64,000 nucleotides of DNA from Clostridiales bacterium (GTDB taxonomy: Bacteria > Bacillota > Clostridia > Saccharofermentanales > Saccharofermentanaceae), in NCBI GenBank assembly GCA_017515465.1, contig JAFWFV010000054.1:1479-65478 (forward strand), given 5' to 3'. This document shows positions 26,223 to 36,025 of the stretch, piece by piece; within the stretch, counting starts at the first letter, position 1; each line of letters starts with the position of its first letter. The translations under genes were made by a program, and so were the position numbers. The notes below the pieces were generated by a model. That model did no database searches, was not told the DNA's origin, and saw nothing but the letters and a program-made list of their open reading frames with translations.

Positions 26223-29200
26223 TTACTTGATATCAGCGTGGAAATCCTGCAGAGCCTTAACGCCCAGATGAGTGTTGTTCTTTGCAGCCTTGATACCTTC
26301 AGCGGATGCCTTGGCAGCAGCCATTGTGGTGATATAAGGTACTCTGTGCTTGATAGCTTCCTTACGGATGTAAGAATCGTTATGTACAGAAGTCTTGCCT
26401 GCTGGGGTGTTGATGATAAGATCGATATCGCCGTTGGTGATCATGTCAGCGATATTAGGTCTTCCCTCGTAGAGCTTCTTGACCTTTGTAGCCTCGATGC
26501 CTGCTTCCGTGATCATGTCGTATGTTCCGCCGGTTGCGAGGATCTTGAATCCGACCTCGGCGAAAGCCTTGGCAACATCGATAAGATCGCACTTATCCCT
26601 GTCGCATACGCTGAGGAGAACGGTGCCGGATGTGGGGATCTCAGTCTTTGTTGCTTCCTGAGCCTTGAAATATGCTTCACCGAATGAAGGTGACAGACCC
26701 AGTACCTCACCTGTGGATCTCATCTCAGGTCCCAGAACGGGGTCAACCTCCTGGAACATGTTGAAGGGGAATACAGCTTCCTTGACACCGTAGTGAGGGA
26801 TGTTCTTGTGTGTGAGGGAAGGTACGGGTGAAGGCTCACCTGTGAGTTCAGATGTCATGATCTGTGTTGCGAGCCTTACCATGTTGATGGCGCATACCTT
26901 GGATACGAGAGGTACCGTTCTGGATGCTCTCGGGTTAGCCTCGAGAACATATACCACGTCATCCTCGATGGCGTACTGCATGTTCATGAGACCTACGACG
27001 TTCATCTCGATGGCGATCTTCTGTGTGTATTCCTTGATTGTTTCTACCTGCTTGGGTGTGAGGTTCATTGAAGGCAGGATGCATGCGGAGTCACCGGAGT
27101 GAACGCCTGCCAGCTCGATATGCTCCATAACGGCGGGAACGAAGCAGTTCTTGCCGTCGGAGATGGCGTCTGCCTCACACTCTGTTGCATGATGCAGGAA
27201 TCTGTCGATCAGGATAGGCCTGTCGGGTGTAACGCCGACTGCGGCATTCATGTATACGGTGAGCATCTCGTCATCGTGTACGACCTCCATGCCGCGTCCG
27301 CCGAGAACGTAGGAAGGTCTTACCATTACGGGGTAACCGATCTTGTTGGCGATGGCCAGGGCCTCTTCAACGTTGACAGCCATACCTGCCTCAGGCATGG
27401 GGATATTCAGCTTGTCCATCATGGCACGGAAATGATCCCTGTCCTCTGCCAGGTCGATGGTCTCAGGTGATGTACCCAGGATGTTTACGCCGTTCTTCTT
27501 CAGGTCAGCTGCCAGGTTCAGAGGTGTCTGGCCGCCGAATGAGGCGATGACACCCAGAGGCTTTTCCTTCTCATGGATGGACAGAACGTCCTCCAGGGTC
27601 AGAGGCTCAAAGTAGAGCTTGTCGGATGTATCGTAGTCTGTTGATACAGTCTCAGGGTTGCAGTTAACGATGATGGACTCGAATCCCATGTCCTTGAGTG
27701 CGAGTGCAGCATGTACGCAGCAGTAGTCGAACTCGATACCCTGACCGATCCTGTTGGGGCCGCCGCCCAGGATCATAATCTTTCTGTTGTTGGAGCAGGG
27801 GCTCTTGTCCTCTGAGAGATGGTATGTGGAGTAGTAGTAGGCAGCATCCTGTGTGCCGCTTACGTGTACACCTTCCCATGCCTCTCTGATGTTGTATTCA
27901 TAACGCTTGTTGCGGATATCCTCCTCGGGGACCTCCAGGATCTTGGACAGGTATCTGTCTGAGAATCCGTCGAGCTTTGCCTGCAGGAGAACGGGCTTGG
28001 AGGGAACCTCACCCTTGTTCTTCATGAGGGCTTCTTCCTCGTCTACCAGTTCCTTCATCTGCTCGAGGAACCAGTGCTTGATCTTTGTGAGCTCATAGAG
28101 TTCATCGATGGTCGCACCCTTGCGCAGAGCCTCATACATGATGAACTGTCTCTCTGATGAAGGTGTTACGAGCATGCCCAGGAGTTCTTCCTTGGAAAGC
28201 TCGTTGAAGTTCTTTGCAAAGCCCAGGCCGTATCTGCCAGTCTCGAGACTCCTGATGGCCTTCTGGAAAGCTTCCTTGTATGTCTTGCCGATGCTCATTA
28301 CCTCGCCGACGGCTCTCATCTGTGTGCCGAGCTTGTCCTGTGCACCCTTGAACTTCTCGAAAGCCCAGCGTGCGAACTTGATAACAACGTAATCTCCGTC
28401 GGGTACGTACTTGTCCAGTGTGCCGTACTTGCCGCAGGGGATCTCATCCAGTGTGAGACCGCATGCCAGCATTGCGGATACCAGGGCGATGGGGAAACCG
28501 GTTGCCTTGGATGCCAGAGCTGATGATCTGGATGTTCTGGGGTTGATCTCGATGACAACTATCCTGTCTGTTACGGGGTCGTGTGCGAACTGGCAGTTGC
28601 AGCCGCCGATTACTTCGATTGCCTCAACGATCTTGTAGGAAGCCTCCTGAAGCTTTGCCTGGACCTCCTCGCTGATGGTGAGCATGGGAGCAGAACAGAA
28701 GGAGTCACCCGTGTGTACGCCGATGGGGTCGATGTTCTCGATAAAGCATACTGTGATCTTGTTGTTCTTGGAGTCTCTTACGACCTCGAGCTCGAGCTCT
28801 TCCCATCCGCTGATGGATTCCTCTACGAGGACCTGACCTACGAGGCTGGCCTGAAGACCTCTCTCACAGACGACCTTGAGCTCGTCTACGTTATATACGA
28901 GACCGCCGCCTGCACCGCCCATGGTGTATGCAGGTCTGAGGACTACCGGGTAGTGGAGTTCCTCAGCGATCTTGACTGCTTCCTCAACTGAATAAGCCTC
29001 ATGGCTCCTGGGCATCTCGATACCCAGCTTGTTCATTGTATTCTTGAATTCGATACGGTCCTCACCACGCTCGATAGCATCTACCTGAACGCCGATGACC
29101 TGTACGTTATATTTGTCCAGAACGCCTTCCTTGGCCAGCTCTGAACATAGATTGAGACCGGACTGTCCACCCAAATTAGGCAATAATGCGTCCGGTCTCT

Positions 29201-29441
29201 CTTTCTCGATGATCTGAGTAAGTCTCTTTACGTTGAGCGGTTCAATATAAGTGCGGTCAGCAATGCCGGGATCCGTCATGATCGTAGCGGGATTACTGTT
29301 GACCAGAACTATCTCATAACCGAGCTTACGCAGTGCCTTGCACGCCTGTGTGCCCGAATAGTCAAACTCACATGCCTGACCGATGATGATAGGACCTGAA
29401 CCGATAATAAGGATTTTGTTGATGTCGTCTCTCTTGGACAT
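26223..29441 (-). CDS. carB: carbamoyl-phosphate synthase large subunit
   Basis: 1072 aa with two ATP-grasp halves. The N-terminus is KILIIGSGPIIIGQACEFDYSGTQA and the second half has ILGGGPNRIGQGIEFDYCCVH. Confidence 0.95.
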   Translation of the reverse strand: MSKRDDINKILIIGSGPIIIGQACEFDYSGTQACKALRKLGYEIVLVNSNPATIMTDPGIADRTYIEPLNVKRLTQIIEKERPDALLPNLGGQSGLNLCSELAKEGVLDKYNVQVIGVQVDAIERGEDRIEFKNTMNKLGIEMPRSHEAYSVEEAVKIAEELHYPVVLRPAYTMGGAGGGLVYNVDELKVVCERGLQASLVGQVLVEESISGWEELELEVVRDSKNNKITVCFIENIDPIGVHTGDSFCSAPMLTISEEVQAKLQEASYKIVEAIEVIGGCNCQFAHDPVTDRIVVIEINPRTSRSSALASKATGFPIALVSAMLACGLTLDEIPCGKYGTLDKYVPDGDYVVIKFARWAFEKFKGAQDKLGTQMRAVGEVMSIGKTYKEAFQKAIRSLETGRYGLGFAKNFNELSKEELLGMLVTPSSERQFIMYEALRKGATIDELYELTKIKHWFLEQMKELVDEEEALMKNKGEVPSKPVLLQAKLDGFSDRYLSKILEVPEEDIRNKRYEYNIREAWEGVHVSGTQDAAYYYSTYHLSEDKSPCSNNRKIMILGGGPNRIGQGIEFDYCCVHAALALKDMGFESIIVNCNPETVSTDYDTSDKLYFEPLTLEDVLSIHEKEKPLGVIASFGGQTPLNLAADLKKNGVNILGTSPETIDLAEDRDHFRAMMDKLNIPMPEAGMAVNVEEALAIANKIGYPVMVRPSYVLGGRGMEVVHDDEMLTVYMNAAVGVTPDRPILIDRFLHHATECEADAISDGKNCFVPAVMEHIELAGVHSGDSACILPSMNLTPKQVETIKEYTQKIAIEMNVVGLMNMQYAIEDDVVYVLEANPRASRTVPLVSKVCAINMVRLATQIMTSELTGEPSPVPSLTHKNIPHYGVKEAVFPFNMFQEVDPVLGPEMRSTGEVLGLSPSFGEAYFKAQEATKTEIPTSGTVLLSVCDRDKCDLIDVAKAFAEVGFKILATGGTYDMITEAGIEATKVKKLYEGRPNIADMITNGDIDLIINTPAGKTSVHNDSYIRKEAIKHRVPYITTMAAAKASAEGIKAAKNNTHLGVKALQDFHADIK

Positions 29442-29531
29442 AATTAATCACCTCCATATTTATATCTTTATAAATATATCACAATTCTCTGTAATGAAAA
29501 TGACATATTTACCTAAATCGGAAAAAATATT

Positions 29532-29930
29532 TCATACCCACGTATGGGTAACCAATCTGTAGATATAACAGATCAGCAGGAGCACGCCCACCGTTATCAG
29601 GGCAATGTTGTTTGCCTTTTTGGGGATCTTTATGAGGCCCGTCTCATTGAGGATCTCGGCTATGGCGGTAACCGAGATCAATGGCCAGAGCGGGTGAAAG
29701 TGAAATGCCCCCTTGATATCTCCCCTGAACACTGCCATATGGGCTCTCGTGGCTCCGCACAGCGGACAGGGCAGTCCAGTTATCGCCTTGAATGGACATG
29801 TGTAGATCCCCGTCAGTATCAGAACGGCGAGCACGGCAAGGACCACGATCATGACTATGACCGTGGTCTTTCTGCCCGATTTCTTTTTTGATTCGTTATC
29901 TGTCATATGTGCAGAAGAAAAGGCCCGCAT
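29532..29930 (-). CDS. DUF2752-family membrane protein
   Basis: 132 aa with the CPFKAITGLPCPLCGATRA motif typical of DUF2752. The start codon is uncertain (M1 or M9). Confidence 0.7.
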   Translation of the reverse strand: MRAFSSAHMTDNESKKKSGRKTTVIVMIVVLAVLAVLILTGIYTCPFKAITGLPCPLCGATRAHMAVFRGDIKGAFHFHPLWPLISVTAIAEILNETGLIKIPKKANNIALITVGVLLLICYIYRLVTHTWV

Positions 29931-29975
29931 ATCTGCGAGCCTTTGATCAGTTACGTCAACTATTCCTGTTAAGGA

Positions 29976-30215
29976 TTACTTAGCGTAGTTACCATCGATG
30001 AATACAACTTCTTCATCTTCCTTGAAGGGCTCGCCGTAAACCTTTGTCAGGCAGATGATCCAGTCGATCAGTGACCATACACCGCATCCACCAACTGTCA
30101 GGAGCTTAAGAACTCCGAGACCGATCTGTCCTCTGAGGAAACGGTCAACACCGAACTCACCGAGGATCCAGCAGAAAAGCCAACAATACAAGTGTTTATT
30201 AAATCTTTTTTCCAT
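29976..30215 (-). CDS. TM2 domain-containing membrane protein
   Basis: 79 aa with two TM helices and [19 protein letters not shown]...WSLIDWI. Confidence 0.7.
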   Translation of the reverse strand: MEKRFNKHLYCWLFCWILGEFGVDRFLRGQIGLGVLKLLTVGGCGVWSLIDWIICLTKVYGEPFKEDEEVVFIDGNYAK

Positions 30216-30314
30216 GGTATAAACACCTCCTTCAAAAATTAATTTATCTTATTTCTTATATTTTTACAATACTTTTTATAAAAAAAGCTGATTTTCTGTC
30301 TTATTCTTGCCTAT

Positions 30315-30788
30315 TCAAAGGATTTCTTCCATATACGTCTTCATCGGTCTCAGGCCGAGACTGTCGTAGAATGCACGGGCGCCGGGATTGCACTCCCATA
30401 CATTGAGCGTTACGTCATAACAGGAATTCTCCCGGGCAAAATCCCTCACGTATTCATACAGGCTCCTGCCCACATGCATGCCGCGGGCCGTTTCATCCAC
30501 GCAGAGATCGTCTATGTAAAGGGTCTTTCTGTCCATCAGAACGTTGTCGCCTTCTGACTCCTGAAAAATGCAGAAACAGTAACCCAATACGTTGCCGTCC
30601 TCCGCCAGGGCGACGAATACAGGCCTGGCATCATCCTCAAAAATGGAGAGCAGCTGGGAGTCTGTATATTTACGGCCTATCTTGAATATGTCGGGACGGC
30701 CCTCATGATGGACCAGATCCACCTGGTCTAGAAGATCCTTCACTCTCTGAAGGTCCATCTGCTGCGCCCGTCTGATCGTCTGTACCAT
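30315..30788 (-). CDS. GNAT-family N-acetyltransferase
   Basis: Acetyl-CoA loop ARGMHVGRSLYEYV. I prefer the start MVQTIRRA (ATG 30788-30786), which has an AGGTGA Shine-Dalgarno. The ORF track extends to 30842. Confidence 0.8.
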   Translation of the reverse strand: MVQTIRRAQQMDLQRVKDLLDQVDLVHHEGRPDIFKIGRKYTDSQLLSIFEDDARPVFVALAEDGNVLGYCFCIFQESEGDNVLMDRKTLYIDDLCVDETARGMHVGRSLYEYVRDFARENSCYDVTLNVWECNPGARAFYDSLGLRPMKTYMEEIL

Positions 30789-33700
30789 CTTTCTCACCTG
30801 CCTCCGGAACTTCCTCTGCCTCAACTGCCTGATCGCCGGCATTTTCCTTTTCCTTCATCTCAGCCAGATACTGCTGTGCATCGTCGACTACATCATCGAT
30901 GTCATCGCCAACGTCAACATTGAGAGGCTTGCGCTTGAACAGGATGTCGTACATGATGGGAACGACATAGAGTGTCATGAGAGTACCGTATGTCAGACCT
31001 GCGGCGATGGTTACGGCCATGCCCTTACCAAGCTGTGTCGCCATGCCTGATCCGAACATCATCATGGACATGGCCAGGATGGTGGTCATTGCAGTCATGA
31101 GGATAGGTCTCATACGGGTCTTGCCCGTAGCTATCAGCGCATCCCAGCGCTCCATACCGCCGATCCTGAGCTGGTTGGTATAGTCAACGAATACGATACC
31201 GTTATTAACGATGGTACCCATCAGGATTACGAATCCCAGGATGGACAGCATGGACAGGGGCTGGCCTGTTACCAGGAGACCCAGCATACCGCCGGTAAAT
31301 GCCAGAGGGACTGTAAACAGGATGATGAACGGTGACAGGAGGCTCTGGAACTGGGCAACCATGATCAGATAGATGAACAGGAATGCCAGTGCTGCGAGCT
31401 CGAGCATCTGTGTTACCATCTCGGTGATCTCCGTGGACTCACCTGAGATCTCGATTGAATAACCTTCGGGCAGTGTCTCCGAATATTCGGTGATCTTGGG
31501 ATCGACCTCTCTGGAAACGAGAGTTGCATTATATCCTTCATCAGTCGAAGCGGATACCGTAACGTAATGAGACAGATTTTCCCTTCTCAGTGAGTTGGTG
31601 GTCTTGGTCTCTATTACCTCTGCAAATTCAGACAGCTTATGTGTCTTGTCCTCTTCTTCCTCTTCTGTCTGGTCAGCATCCTCATCTTCTGCCTCATCAT
31701 TTGAAGCTCCGCCGGTGAACATGGCAGCCATCTGGCTCATGGATGATGAAGAACCTCCCATCATGCCTGCCATTGAACTCATGGAAGAACCGCCCATCGA
31801 GCCTCCGCCCATGGAAGCTGCGGCAGAAGCCATGTCGACTTCCTCGAATTCCACATCCATCAGATTCTCCTTGGTAAGAGTATCCGTGTTATCAACTATT
31901 ACGACCTTCATCTGGGTTCCGTTTACGGTGATCGATGTGGAATTGACAGACTGTGAGGTGTGACTCATTATCTCTGCGAATATCTGGGCAACCGTAAGAC
32001 CGTAGCCCATTGCCTTGTCACGGTCTATTATGACCTGGAGGGTATCTGTGCCTTCCTCAAAGTTATCCGTAGCATCAACGAGTCCTTCCTGACCGTTCAG
32101 GAGCTCCTTGACCTCTCCGCTGATCCTCTCTAATTCCTTATAGTCCTCTCCGTAGATCTTGACTGAATATCCGGATCCGCCTCCGAGCATGGAGGAATCG
32201 AGCATCTGGCCTGATGATACTGTTATCTCGCCGGGGAATGATGCCAGATCCTCCTCGATGACCTTGCTTACTGCCTTGACTGTCTCTGCAGGTGCATCCT
32301 TGGCCAGGTGTGCACTGCAGGTATATCTGCCGTAGGAACCGGACTGGGTGCTCATGCCGCCGAAGAAACCGGCAGTTGATGAGGAGTCCATGACACCTAC
32401 GTTTTCAACCTTGTCTAAGCCCAGGAGCAGTTCGATGATCTCATCTACCTCCTGATAGGATTCCTCACGGGTATATTCCTCCGGAGTCTGAATACTGATA
32501 CTGATCTCGTTCGTGGTCATCTCAGGGATATAGACTATGCCCATGACGAGCACCTGCCATACGGAAAAGGCCAGTAGCACTACCGTTATGAACAGGGGAA
32601 CGATCTTAAACTTCAGACACCACTTGAGCGACCTGCCGTAGGCATTCTGGATCTTGTCCATGATCTTGTGTTCCTTGGGCATCAGATTCCTCATGAGCGT
32701 GGAGGAGGATGCGGGAACGACTGTAAGAGCGATACCGAGGGATGCCACGAGACAGTATCCGATGGACATAGCCATAGGATACATCAATGTCCTTACCGTT
32801 CCGCTGGCAAATACGCCCGGCAGGAATACGCAGATGGTGGTAAGCGTGGAGGCAATGATGGCTCCCCTTACCTGCTTTGCTCCCTGAACGGCAGCTCTGG
32901 GTGCCGGCAGCCCGAGTCCGCGCAATCGGAATATGTTTTCCATTACGACGACGGAGTTGTCAACGAGCATTCCTATGCCCAGCGACAGACCGGACAGCGT
33001 GATCATGTTCAGCTGCAGGCCTGTGAAATACATCAATACTATGGCCAGGAGCACCGACAGAGGGATACTGATGGCAACAACTATTGTAGGCTTGATAGAT
33101 CTCAGGAATATAGCCAGGATGACGATTGCCAGGATGGCACCGATGATCATGCTCTGGAATACGGATTCAACGATCATCCTGATGTAGTCACCCTGGTCCA
33201 CCAGGTTGACAGTATGCATTCCGGGGAATTTCTCACACAACTCCTCCAGTTCCTTGTTGCATGCCTTTGATACGTCGTTGGTACCGACGCTGGATGACTT
33301 GTATATATTGAGTATTATCGTATCCGATCCGTTGAGCTTGCTGTAGGATTCTCCTGCATTGTCAATGATCTGGATATCCGCGATGTCTGACAGATGTACC
33401 GTTCCTATCAGTTCGTTATCGATCAGGAGAGCCTGTGCTATCTCATCGGAGCTGGCAAATTCCTCACCGACCCTCAGGAGCCATGAGTTATCGTCCTTGT
33501 CGTCGATATAACCCACAGGCATTGAGAAGTTCTGTGCATATATGAGCTGCGAGAGCGTGGACGGAGATATCAATGCATCGGCGTTGGCATTCTCGAGTGC
33601 CGCATCCCTGGCGCTGTCATACTGGGCCTGTGCAGCATCCAGCTGAGCTTGTGCAGTAGCGAGCGCCGTTGCCGCCGTGGAGAAGCCGACTGCCGCATCC

Positions 33701-35199
33701 AGCTGGCCCTGTGTAAGGCCTCCGAATGCAGATTCCAGACCGTTTAACATCTGGGGGATGTTGTTCGCCATTCCCGACAGTCCGTCCAGTGTGGAACTGA
33801 TCCTGCTGAGCAGTGAATCCAGCATCCCTGTTGTATCGATGCTGCGTATCTGTTCTATGATCGCCGTGATGGATGTGACGGCGGATGCTATCCTCCTGGT
33901 GGTTGCGATCAGTCTGTTGAATGTTGAACCGTCAACATTCGCACCGATGTTATTGAGCATGTCGATTATGCTGTCGATGCCGGCAACAATTCCTGCGATC
34001 TGTTCGGGATCAACGCCTGATGCGGCGAGATTAGCCTCGGTCAGTTCATCCATTGCTGCTCTGAAGGATGCCTGAGCACTGTCCCTGTCAGCTGATGCCT
34101 GGTTATATGCCTCCTGTGCGGCGTCATATTCAGACTGTGCCTGATCCACTGCCTGGCTCAGTTCAGCGTATTCCTCGGACGCGGGATCGTAATCGGGGCT
34201 TGCAGTGTAATCATCCAATGCCTGCTGTGCAGCAGCTAATGCCGCCTGCTTTTCACTCAGGGTCTGGGTTGCAGCGTTGAGAGCCTCATTGGCGGCATCA
34301 AGCGCTGCCTGGGCAGCATCTACTGCAGCCTGTGCCTCGTTGACCCTGGCCTCAGCAGCGTCGGGCAGAGTATCTATCTGATCCCTTAATTCCTGCAATC
34401 TGGTCTTAAGGTTATTTATTGCATTCTTTATATTCTTTGCGATACCCGGAGCCTGCCTGTCCAGCTGTGAGAAGATGGCTCCGGACATGGTGGAGCCGAA
34501 TCCGGATTGTGCACTCTCCAGCTGTTCGGTTGCATCCTCCAGCTGTGTTCTGGCCTCATCCAGCTGTTCCTGAGCCTCTGCCAGTTTCTCGTCCGTCTTT
34601 GCCAGTATCCGGTCGTTCAGTTCATCTATCTTGTCCTGATTGAGTTCCACCTGGATCGTCTGCTCTACCATACCTATGGTGGAAATGCTTGCTACGCCCT
34701 CCTGTCTGGAGATGGCGGGTATTACTTCATAATTGACGAAATCGGTAAGCTGGTAGATGTCGTATCCGTCACGCTCGATCGCAACATAGAGTGTCGCCAG
34801 CATGTCCATGCTGATCTCCATTATGTTGGGTGTCATGGCGGAATCGGGGAGTGAACTCTCCACCTGATTGATGGCGGATGAGACCCTGACCATGGCGGTG
34901 TTCATGTCCGTTCCGTCAGCGAATTCCATCTGGATCATGGAGAAGTTCTCGGAACTGGTGGACAGTACGTTCTCAACGCCTGATATGGTGCCCAAAGCAT
35001 TTTCCATGGGCATCGTAACCTCGTCCTCAACCTTTTCCGGGCTCGCACCGGGATAAGCGGTGATAACGATAAGATAAGGGAGGGACATCTCGGGGAGCAG
35101 ATCCATCTGAAGCTTGGTAAGCGATACCGCACCCATGGCAATGATTATTATCGTCGCCACAAGTATCGTAAAAGGTTTTTTAACGCTAAATCTCTCCAT
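30703..35199 (-). CDS. RND-superfamily (AcrB/HAE-like) transporter with a ~350-aa coiled-coil insertion and a Met/Gly/Ser-rich acidic insertion
   Basis: 1498 aa. The N-terminus is KKPFTILVATIIIIAMGAVSL. The TM4 region reads LSLGIGMLVDNSVVVMENIF and the TM10 region reads ILMGTIVNNGIVFVDYTNQL. An Ala/Gln/Glu-rich heptad region lies at about residues 190-545. Confidence 0.8.
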   Translation of the reverse strand: MERFSVKKPFTILVATIIIIAMGAVSLTKLQMDLLPEMSLPYLIVITAYPGASPEKVEDEVTMPMENALGTISGVENVLSTSSENFSMIQMEFADGTDMNTAMVRVSSAINQVESSLPDSAMTPNIMEISMDMLATLYVAIERDGYDIYQLTDFVNYEVIPAISRQEGVASISTIGMVEQTIQVELNQDKIDELNDRILAKTDEKLAEAQEQLDEARTQLEDATEQLESAQSGFGSTMSGAIFSQLDRQAPGIAKNIKNAINNLKTRLQELRDQIDTLPDAAEARVNEAQAAVDAAQAALDAANEALNAATQTLSEKQAALAAAQQALDDYTASPDYDPASEEYAELSQAVDQAQSEYDAAQEAYNQASADRDSAQASFRAAMDELTEANLAASGVDPEQIAGIVAGIDSIIDMLNNIGANVDGSTFNRLIATTRRIASAVTSITAIIEQIRSIDTTGMLDSLLSRISSTLDGLSGMANNIPQMLNGLESAFGGLTQGQLDAAVGFSTAATALATAQAQLDAAQAQYDSARDAALENANADALISPSTLSQLIYAQNFSMPVGYIDDKDDNSWLLRVGEEFASSDEIAQALLIDNELIGTVHLSDIADIQIIDNAGESYSKLNGSDTIILNIYKSSSVGTNDVSKACNKELEELCEKFPGMHTVNLVDQGDYIRMIVESVFQSMIIGAILAIVILAIFLRSIKPTIVVAISIPLSVLLAIVLMYFTGLQLNMITLSGLSLGIGMLVDNSVVVMENIFRLRGLGLPAPRAAVQGAKQVRGAIIASTLTTICVFLPGVFASGTVRTLMYPMAMSIGYCLVASLGIALTVVPASSSTLMRNLMPKEHKIMDKIQNAYGRSLKWCLKFKIVPLFITVVLLAFSVWQVLVMGIVYIPEMTTNEISISIQTPEEYTREESYQEVDEIIELLLGLDKVENVGVMDSSSTAGFFGGMSTQSGSYGRYTCSAHLAKDAPAETVKAVSKVIEEDLASFPGEITVSSGQMLDSSMLGGGSGYSVKIYGEDYKELERISGEVKELLNGQEGLVDATDNFEEGTDTLQVIIDRDKAMGYGLTVAQIFAEIMSHTSQSVNSTSITVNGTQMKVVIVDNTDTLTKENLMDVEFEEVDMASAAASMGGGSMGGSSMSSMAGMMGGSSSSMSQMAAMFTGGASNDEAEDEDADQTEEEEEDKTHKLSEFAEVIETKTTNSLRRENLSHYVTVSASTDEGYNATLVSREVDPKITEYSETLPEGYSIEISGESTEITEMVTQMLELAALAFLFIYLIMVAQFQSLLSPFIILFTVPLAFTGGMLGLLVTGQPLSMLSILGFVILMGTIVNNGIVFVDYTNQLRIGGMERWDALIATGKTRMRPILMTAMTTILAMSMMMFGSGMATQLGKGMAVTIAAGLTYGTLMTLYVVPIMYDILFKRKPLNVDVGDDIDDVVDDAQQYLAEMKEKENAGDQAVEAEEVPEAGEKDGTDDQTGAADGPSESEGSSRPGGSGPS

Positions 35200-35241
35200 T
35201 AGATCTCCTTATCCAAAAACGATTGTTGATTTTACAACGTA

Positions 35242-35997
35242 TTATTTATCTGTGTCAATATTTTCAGGTTCCAATTTTTCAAGCATCAACTGCCTTGCCT
35301 CATGGCTAAGATCATCAGTAGTGGAACCTTTCACCTTTTCTCTGTCAAAAACATCCAGGACATCAATATAAACGTGAGTCCTTCTCCAGGGATATCTGTC
35401 CTTTACGTCCTCTGCGCCCCTGATCGTGGCAACGACGATGGGCACATTGGCCTTCTGAGCGATCTTGAATACGCCTGCGTGGAACTTCAACAGCTTATAT
35501 TTCTTGCTCCTGGTACCCTCAGGATAGACGACGATGGATACTTCGTCACGCTTGATGAGATCAACTGCATCCAGGATAGTCTTCATGGAATTCCTGGGAT
35601 TAGTCCTGTCTATGGGCAGGAAACAGCACTTTCTGATGACCCTGCCGTAGATGAAATAGTTGAAGTTCTCAGGCTTTGATATAAAGGCGGGATCGTATTT
35701 GCGGAATGCATACCATGAGATGATGGGATCGAAATTACTCCTGTGGTTGCATACCAAGAGGAATCTGCCTGAAGGGATCTGATCGAATCCTGTTGTATGG
35801 ATCTTTATCCTTAATATCTTCATGGCGATTCTGGTGGAACTGTTCAGGAGCCAGCGGTAGAACTTGCTGTTCCTGTCATATGTCATGACCTTCTTGCTGA
35901 TGAACAGAGGTGAGATCAGCCATATGAGAAGGTAGATGACTACAACGGCCAGAACGGCCCAGAGTATTCCAAGCAATACGTACTTCAAAATCAGCAT
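35242..35997 (-). CDS. plsC: 1-acyl-sn-glycerol-3-phosphate acyltransferase
   Basis: 251 aa with an N-terminal TM and the motifs NHRSNFDP (HX4D) and YPEGTRS. Confidence 0.85.
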   Translation of the reverse strand: MLILKYVLLGILWAVLAVVVIYLLIWLISPLFISKKVMTYDRNSKFYRWLLNSSTRIAMKILRIKIHTTGFDQIPSGRFLLVCNHRSNFDPIISWYAFRKYDPAFISKPENFNYFIYGRVIRKCCFLPIDRTNPRNSMKTILDAVDLIKRDEVSIVVYPEGTRSKKYKLLKFHAGVFKIAQKANVPIVVATIRGAEDVKDRYPWRRTHVYIDVLDVFDREKVKGSTTDDLSHEARQLMLEKLEPENIDTDK

Positions 35998-36025
35998 TTG
36001 TTAAACATTCCTTTCGGGTTGTTGA

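Noticed and set aside
32668-33270. 200-aa plus-strand ORF, together with the other plus-strand ORFs at 31595-31963, 33677-34075 and 34507-34854.
   Set aside because: All of them lie antisense within the continuous 1498-aa RND gene. Their composition mirrors the complementary strand of Ala/Gly-rich codons, and I see no independent start signals.
33567-34632. The Ala/Gln-rich coiled-coil stretch as a separate adaptor (HlyD-like) gene fused by misassembly.
   Set aside because: The reading frame is continuous with RND sequence on both sides. There is no internal stop, Shine-Dalgarno or start context. I kept it as an in-frame insertion and flagged it for read-level verification.
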